Origin: an uncultured Ketobacter sp.
GTDB lineage: Bacteria; Pseudomonadota; Gammaproteobacteria; Pseudomonadales; Ketobacteraceae
Reading direction: 5' to 3'
Assembly (NCBI GenBank): GCA_963922875.1
Contig: CAWUJH010000002.1
Coordinates: 198,938 to 222,937, forward strand
DNA length: 24,000 nt
Position 1 is the stretch's first letter; every line of letters begins with the position of its first letter. The notes below the pieces were generated by a model. The model had not been told where the DNA came from. It ran no database searches and saw only the letters and a program-made list of their open reading frames with translations. Below, in pieces: positions 18,147 through 24,000 of the stretch. Made by a program: the position numbers and the translations under genes.

Positions 18147-20620
18147 TTTCCGAATCCAGCCTCAAGTAGCATGCGAAGGTGGCGAGGTTGCTCAATGGCA
18201 TTGGCCTCAATAGCGGCAGTAATGAACTCATTGATACTCGGCAGGTCGTCAAACAAGCCGTTAAAGATCCCGCTGGCGTCAGCTTGCAGTAGAATATTAT
18301 TAAGCATGGTAAAGGCGAGTATTTTATTGCCGATTTGAAATTCTATCCAACCCAAGGCCATGTTGATACTGAGATAACGAACCGGGAAGCCATGATCAAT
18401 GTTGTCATAGAGTAATTGTTTGCAAAGTGTTTTTGCTTGTGCCAGTTCCTTTTTATTGGCTAGATAGATGATCTGACAGAATACCCAGCGTTCACGTATG
18501 CTCCAGTTTATTGAACGCTCACTATCCAGGTAATAGGCTAGTTTTTCTGGTGGAAGTAATTGCCGGCTGAGCATTTCCAGCCGGTCATTATCTTGCATAA
18601 TGCTAGCCAAACGAAAACGTTCAAAAGTAATATGCGCGAATAAATTCATAGAGCCACTATTTTGTACAGTGACGCTTAAGTGTTTCAGTAAATCTTCAGC
18701 TAAAGCAAATTGTTTAGAGCGAATTTTCTCACGAATGGTTGGCAAAAATAAGGCTATCTGAATTTCGTTACTTATGCCAATACGCGATTCACCGATGACA
18801 CGTCGAGTAATGGATTCTGATTGCTCTGGTTGACTGCCTATAAACTGAAAATACGCTTTAACAATTTCAACTAATGATCTGCCACCCAATCCATGTGCCA
18901 TAGTGCTTCGACGCAAATATTGCTCGCAAATTTGCGTGGCAGTATGTAAGTCGTTCTTGAAATAGCTCAATCGCGCTTGCACATAAACTGATATTGCCAA
19001 TCCAAACTCGTTGTCGCATTGTTCTGCCAATCCCTGCGCTCGATGAGCATAATTCAATGCAGTGGAAAAACGGCGTTCATTGGTTTCGTAATACGCTAAA
19101 ATATTGTCGATACACACCCGAACTTCCCGTCGAGTTGTGGTGTTATTATAGAGTTTCTTTAAACGATTAATACTGTCTTGAGAGACTGTATCGCGCATTA
19201 AATCAACCAGAACGAAGAGGACTAGAATGTTGGCTTGCAATTCGTTGTTAGGCTCGCTAGCGCTGGATCCGCATAATGTGGGGTCCATTTCGAACAATGC
19301 ATCATAGACTTGATTGAGTTGGCCGGATAAGGTTAGAACCCAAAGCCAAGCGATTTTGACTTCATTGAGTTCTATTAGTTGACGATTTTGAGGGTTTTGA
19401 ATAGCTGTTGCCAGGGTTTCAATGTTGCCGGATTTTAACCAAAATGAAACATGTTGTCGGATTTGATCATGATAGAAAACCGCCTGACTATGATAGCCTG
19501 CAATGCCCAGTACTTCTTCTCTTTGGTTGTGTTCCGTCAGCCAAGTACAAGCCCTGCTCACTAGGCGGTCATTATTTTCAGTTTTTTGTTGATTGAAGTA
19601 TTGTAACAGAACGCCACGTATTGTCGGATGAAATTGATAGTATAAGAATTCATTGTCAAATTTTTGCAGTAGAAAATTGGTTTTTTCCAGGAAGTGTAGT
19701 TCTTGTGAACAGCTCGGCTTATTAAGCACGAACTCACAAAGCTCATCATTAAATCGTCCAAGGAAGGCTGTGTCGACCATCAATTGGCGAATGTTTGGCT
19801 GTAAACTATCAATAATTAAATGCGTGAGCTGAGACTGAAGAGCAGTACCTTGTTCCAGAATCGATAAACAATCATGGGTTATGTTGTCAGCGTCCATAAC
19901 CATGCCCAATTGTATGAGCTTGAGGGTGCCGGGATGACCTTTAGTATGCTTGAAAACGAACTCATTGACTGACTCATTGATTCTTTGTGGGACAGTGCAT
20001 GCTAAGAATTCCTCACTTTCCGCGCCGTTAAAGTTGAGATGTTTGGCGTGCAGTACCTTAGGGGTGATATCGGTAAATGTTCTCAGACGGATGAGGAATT
20101 CCGGATCACTGCTGGCGAAAATCCATCGCACTCGACACCTTGGGTTGAACAGCTCGGCTAAGGCTTGGAGCCAGTCTGCACCTGCTAACGATTCACAGTT
20201 ATCAATGATAATGGTGATGTGTTTATTAAGGTCAAACAGAGCTTGCTTGAAGATTCCTACATAAGGTAGACCTTCCGCTGAATTACCATAAGCTGATAGA
20301 TTAAGAGTGTAGCCGTCAAAATCAGGAACAGCGGTTCTAATGGTTGTCGTCAAACGGTTGAAGAAGCGAGAGGCGTTATCATCGGCGGGGTGCAGAGTAA
20401 GCCAACAAATTGGCTGATTACGTTTGCGGTTATTGTAGTATTGTTGGAGGAGAGTTGTCTTGCCATTGCCCGATGGTGCTATTAGCGTCGTTATTGAACT
20501 TTCGTTAGTATCTTGTAAATATTGGTTTAACTGAGGTCGAAAGATGATGTGATCTATCGATTGAAAGCTATTGGCTTTGGGCGCTAATTGTTGGTTTACT
20601 GGTATCAGTATTCTCGTCAT
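18143..20620 (-). CDS. MalT/LuxR-type STAND NTPase with TPR-like repeats but no C-terminal LuxR HTH (825 aa)
   Basis: IIFRPQLNQYLQDTNESSITTLIAPSGNGKTTLLQQYYNNRKRNQPICWLTLHPADDNASRFFNRLTTTI matches the MalT-like N-terminal ATPase; long helical body. Ends RHLRMLLEAGFGN*, where an HTH normally follows. Confidence 0.78.
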   Translation of the reverse strand: MTRILIPVNQQLAPKANSFQSIDHIIFRPQLNQYLQDTNESSITTLIAPSGNGKTTLLQQYYNNRKRNQPICWLTLHPADDNASRFFNRLTTTIRTAVPDFDGYTLNLSAYGNSAEGLPYVGIFKQALFDLNKHITIIIDNCESLAGADWLQALAELFNPRCRVRWIFASSDPEFLIRLRTFTDITPKVLHAKHLNFNGAESEEFLACTVPQRINESVNEFVFKHTKGHPGTLKLIQLGMVMDADNITHDCLSILEQGTALQSQLTHLIIDSLQPNIRQLMVDTAFLGRFNDELCEFVLNKPSCSQELHFLEKTNFLLQKFDNEFLYYQFHPTIRGVLLQYFNQQKTENNDRLVSRACTWLTEHNQREEVLGIAGYHSQAVFYHDQIRQHVSFWLKSGNIETLATAIQNPQNRQLIELNEVKIAWLWVLTLSGQLNQVYDALFEMDPTLCGSSASEPNNELQANILVLFVLVDLMRDTVSQDSINRLKKLYNNTTTRREVRVCIDNILAYYETNERRFSTALNYAHRAQGLAEQCDNEFGLAISVYVQARLSYFKNDLHTATQICEQYLRRSTMAHGLGGRSLVEIVKAYFQFIGSQPEQSESITRRVIGESRIGISNEIQIALFLPTIREKIRSKQFALAEDLLKHLSVTVQNSGSMNLFAHITFERFRLASIMQDNDRLEMLSRQLLPPEKLAYYLDSERSINWSIRERWVFCQIIYLANKKELAQAKTLCKQLLYDNIDHGFPVRYLSINMALGWIEFQIGNKILAFTMLNNILLQADASGIFNGLFDDLPSINEFITAAIEANAIEQPRHLRMLLEAGFGN

Positions 20621-20864
20621 AACCTAAACTCAAGCGTTCTTTGTTGTTTTTATCGAACGAAATGCTTGTCACCAGGTAAGTCAACTTCAAACTAACTCAG
20701 TGCTAGGTCAATCCTTTGTTGATGAGCTCCCCCCCTATACTTGCTCACTCTATGTCCATAGTATGCCGTTCATCTTCTAAATCTCAAGAAAAAATGACAG
20801 AGTTCACAAAAAAAGTTAGGTTTGGCTAAAAAAAAGCCTATTTAATGGAGTTTTTGGTCGCTGT

Positions 20865-20903
20865 AACGCAAAAGGCCCGGACAATATCCGGGCCTTTTGC
20901 GTT
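20865..20903 (-). terminator. Strong hairpin AACGCAAAAGGCCCGGA-CAATA-TCCGGGCCTTTTGCGTT downstream of glcB
   Basis: Perfect 17-bp stem with 5-nt loop, 17 bp beyond the glcB stop codon. The T-run is mostly inside the stem, so it could act in either direction. Confidence 0.85.
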
Positions 20904-20919
20904 AGTCTTGCCGGTAAAG

Positions 20920-23088
20920 CTAAGCTTGAGCTTTAGCCTCCCGTCGACGTCGATGCAAGACAGGTTCCGTATAACCACTTGGCTGTTTGCAGCCTTCAAT
21001 GACCAATTCACAGGCAGCATTAAAGGCAACACCGTTGCAGTTCGGTGCCATATTAACGTAGCCTGGATCGGCTTCATTTTGGCGATCTACAATGGCGGCC
21101 ATCCGCTTCATAGTTTCCATAACCTGCGCTTCAGTGCAAATGCCGTGGCGGAGCCAGTTTGCAATATGTTGGCTTGAAATCCTTAGGGTCGCTCGGTCTT
21201 CCATCAAACCAACGTCGTTGATGTCCGGAACTTTTGAGCAACCAACACCATGGTCGATCCAGCGAACAACATAGCCCAGTATTCCTTGTGCGTTGTTGTC
21301 GAGTTCTTGCTGAATGTCTTCGGCACTTAGTTGACCGGCATCGGGTAGCAGAGGAATTGTTAGAATATCGTCCAGACTGGCTTGTGCGCGACTCGCCAGT
21401 TCCTCTTGTATAGTTGCTACTTTCACTTTGTGATAGTGCATTACATGTAATACCGCAGCCGTGGGAGAGGGAACCCAGGCACAACTAGCACCAGCTTTTG
21501 GGTGACCGATTTTGGCTTCCATCATGGCGGCCATCTCATCGGGCATGGCCCACATGCCTTTGCCTATTTGGGCATGGCCTTTTAAGCCGCAGGCAAGCCC
21601 TACATCCACATTCCAGTCCTCATAAGCGTTAATCCACGCTTGTTGTTTCATGGCCGTTTTGCGAATCATGGGACCTGCTTCCATACTGGTGTGGATCTCA
21701 TCACCGGTACGATCCAAAAAGCCTGTGTTGATAAAAATGACTCGTTCTTTGGCTTCGCGAATACAGGCTTTCAGGTTTACAGTGGTACGGCGTTCTTCAT
21801 CCATGATGCCGATCTTCAGGGTGTTGCGCTCCAATCCCAGAGCTTGTTCAACACGTCCAAACAGCTCCACGGCAAAAGCCACTTCCTCAGGGCCATGCAT
21901 TTTTGGTTTAACGATGTAGACGCTACCTTGACGAGAATTTTGATAGGGGCCTGTTTTTAATAGATCGTGCTTGGCAATTAAGGAAGTAACCATGCCGTCC
22001 AGGATGCCTTCAGGTACTTCCTCGCCATTGTAGAGAACCGCGTCGATGGTCATTAAGTGACCAACATTGCGCACTAACAACATCGAACGGCCAGGTAGAA
22101 CTAATTGGCTGCCATCAGGTGCTGTGAATGTTCGATCGGGGTTTAAAACGCGGGTGAGAGTCTTGCCACCTTTATCAAAGGATTCCTGCAAATCTCCCTT
22201 CATCAATCCGAGCCAGTTGCTGTAAACAACGCATTTATCTTCTGCATCCACGGCTGCAACAGAATCTTCGCAATCCTGGATGGTGGTAATGGCCGCTTCG
22301 AGGTAAACATCATTCACGCCAGCATTGTCATCTTTACCGATGACGCCGTTAGAATCGATTTTTATTTCGATGTGGAGGCCGTTGTTGCGCAATAAGATGG
22401 CTGTAGGAGCCTGTTCTGAACCGCTGTAACCCACAAACTGGCTGTTGTTACTCAATTGAGTGGTGTTGCCGTCAGTCAAATCAAGTATTAGTGTCTTTTC
22501 TTTGATCGAATATCGCGCTACGTCGCTATGGCTACCGTTCTTGAGCGGAGCCGCTTCGTCTAAGAAGCTTTTCGCATAGGCTATAACTTTGCCACCACGA
22601 ACGGGATTATAGCTTCTGCCTTTTTCTGCACCGTCGCTTTCTGGGATTACATCAGTGCCATAAAGAGCGTCATACAAGCTTCCCCAGCGGGCATTAGCCG
22701 CGTTTAGCGCATACCGGGCATTCATCACCGGTACCACCAACTGAGGACCAGCGATGGTGGCAATTTCCGAGTCTACGTTCTTTGTTTCCACTGAGAAATC
22801 CGCACCTTCAGGCAGTAGGTAGCCAATTTCAGTGAGGAAGCCTTTGTATTCTTCCAGATTAATCTGTTGGCCAGCATGGGCATGGTGCCAGTCATCAATT
22901 TGCTTTTGGATAGCGTCTCGCTTTTCCAGTAAGGCTTTGTTTTTTGGTGCTAAATCAGCCAATATTTTTTCAAACTCAAGCCAGAATTGATCTGCCTCAA
23001 TGCCGGTTCCAGGTGCGATTTCCTTAGCTACAAGGTCATAAAGAACGGTAGCGATTTCTAAACCGCCAATCTTGGTGCGTTCGGTCAT
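20920..23088 (-). CDS. glcB: Malate synthase G (722 aa)
   Basis: Start [20 protein letters not shown]; [32 protein letters not shown]; [16 protein letters not shown]; [17 protein letters not shown]; [23 protein letters not shown]; [21 protein letters not shown]. Confidence 0.97.
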   Translation of the reverse strand: MTERTKIGGLEIATVLYDLVAKEIAPGTGIEADQFWLEFEKILADLAPKNKALLEKRDAIQKQIDDWHHAHAGQQINLEEYKGFLTEIGYLLPEGADFSVETKNVDSEIATIAGPQLVVPVMNARYALNAANARWGSLYDALYGTDVIPESDGAEKGRSYNPVRGGKVIAYAKSFLDEAAPLKNGSHSDVARYSIKEKTLILDLTDGNTTQLSNNSQFVGYSGSEQAPTAILLRNNGLHIEIKIDSNGVIGKDDNAGVNDVYLEAAITTIQDCEDSVAAVDAEDKCVVYSNWLGLMKGDLQESFDKGGKTLTRVLNPDRTFTAPDGSQLVLPGRSMLLVRNVGHLMTIDAVLYNGEEVPEGILDGMVTSLIAKHDLLKTGPYQNSRQGSVYIVKPKMHGPEEVAFAVELFGRVEQALGLERNTLKIGIMDEERRTTVNLKACIREAKERVIFINTGFLDRTGDEIHTSMEAGPMIRKTAMKQQAWINAYEDWNVDVGLACGLKGHAQIGKGMWAMPDEMAAMMEAKIGHPKAGASCAWVPSPTAAVLHVMHYHKVKVATIQEELASRAQASLDDILTIPLLPDAGQLSAEDIQQELDNNAQGILGYVVRWIDHGVGCSKVPDINDVGLMEDRATLRISSQHIANWLRHGICTEAQVMETMKRMAAIVDRQNEADPGYVNMAPNCNGVAFNAACELVIEGCKQPSGYTEPVLHRRRREAKAQA

Positions 23089-23875
23089 GGGTTCGGCCTC
23101 TATTGATGCTCTGCCAAAGTGGATTCTGTGAATAAAACGGTTTTTCTAAGGGGGAGGGATGATGCAATTTCGAGGCAAGAGTGTCAAATAATTTCATCTA
23201 GACTGAGATTTAACCTTGCGAAAACTCCGGGTATTGCTCGGTCGGGCTTATTTATTAGTCTTTAAGCACAAAGCTGCCTCGGTTTTTTGACCGGTCAAGG
23301 TTATGGGAGTACCGGAACCGTCCACTGTAATTCGACTGTTGTCATCTTTTACGAAAAGGTCAAAATCACCTACATGTGTGGGCTTAGAATAACGCTACCT
23401 ATACCGTTGACAATAGTGACATTCAAAATGGTGGGGTTGCCATAGCCATTGCTTAAGTTCTTGGTGGTGGCTCCGGACGCTATGTCCGGCGCAGCCACAC
23501 TGGGGGTAATTCCACTGTTAATGCGCCAGAATTTTAATGGTACGGAACCAGTGAATTTAGTGGCGGTTAGGCCGGTTGATGAATCGGACAAAAGCACAGT
23601 GTACTTAACCTGCAATGATATTCATTGTCGTTTACTGGTTGATAGCTTCCTCCATAGTATTTGAACCCAGTGCGCCTGCCACAAAAAGTCAGTAGCAGGT
23701 CATTTCTCACTTAACCTCAATTGCAAACCCGAACAAGCCTTCAATCTAAAACCAAAACCATCATTCTAGTTGAGCTTCAATCGCCGTTTTGCCCATCATT
23801 AGACCCGATTTGAATCCGAACAATGTTTACTTTGATAATTAATTTAATCTAATTGATTCAATGCAGGTGATTTGC

Positions 23876-24000
23876 ATGACAACTTCCGCCATTCCCATTC
23901 GACACATGGAGTTTAACTTTGATGCCAAGGAAGCTGATACCCGGTTTTACATGCAGACTGAATTAGCATCGGCTTACTTTGAGGCGCTCTCTATATTTCT
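23876..24000 (+). CDS. 5' part of a CDS running off the right edge; possible metal-dependent hydrolase (PF10118-like)
   Basis: ATG at 23876 followed by MTTSAIPIRHMEFNFDAKEADTRFYMQTELASAYFEALSIF, open to the edge. 'IPIRHM-F-FD' resembles the start of that family from memory only. Confidence 0.5.
   Translation, partial: MTTSAIPIRHMEFNFDAKEADTRFYMQTELASAYFEALSIF

Noticed and set aside
20821-20842. GGCT-A8-GCC hairpin-like sequence next to the glcB terminator
   Set aside because: The short stem is too weak to call separately; the 17-bp stem hairpin at 20865-20903 is the convincing terminator.
20845-21177. Plus-strand 110-aa ORF over the glcB 3' end
   Set aside because: Antisense to glcB and spans the terminator hairpin; no recognisable family.
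23287-23298. 12-bp perfect palindrome TTGACCGGTCAA
   Set aside because: Isolated, with no convincing adjacent gene start or second copy seen; a 12-bp palindrome can occur by chance.
1-24000. CRISPR array, tRNA, rRNA or transposase
   Set aside because: I saw no regularly spaced repeats, tRNA/rRNA-like sequence, transposase or integrase motifs when reading the window and ORF track. The island's recombinase, if any, must lie outside the window.

Overview
The window holds two regions joined at a recognisable boundary near 15,058. (1) About 1-15,058 is a defence-island segment transcribed on the minus strand. In transcription order it contains: a small HTH/excisionase-type DNA-binding protein, a C5-cytosine methyltransferase (Dcm-like), a Vsr-like endonuclease, a DrmD-like SNF2 helicase, a large DrmMI/Eco57I-like N6-adenine methyltransferase, a DrmA-like helicase, and the first 22 codons of another gene that runs off the left edge (possibly NERD-type). 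The helicase/MTase/helicase block matches the drmD-drmMI-drmA order of class 1 DISARM. It has extra upstream modules (HTH, Dcm, Vsr), and the gene after drmA does not look like the start of drmB. (2) A complete ttcA copy (minus strand, 13,998-14,867) sits next to a 5'-truncated second ttcA (plus strand, from ~15,059). The truncated copy begins exactly inside the SGGKDS PP-loop motif. This looks like an island inserted into the resident ttcA while carrying a diverged replacement ttcA. (3) About 15,900-24,000 looks like ordinary chromosome: a nucleoside-recognition/SpmAB-like membrane protein, a LysR regulator, a MalT-like STAND ATPase that ends just before the expected LuxR HTH, malate synthase G (glcB) with a strong 17-bp-stem terminator, and the start of a possible metal-dependent hydrolase. 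drmB, drmC, any integrase and the other island end are not visible, so the system assignment is partial.
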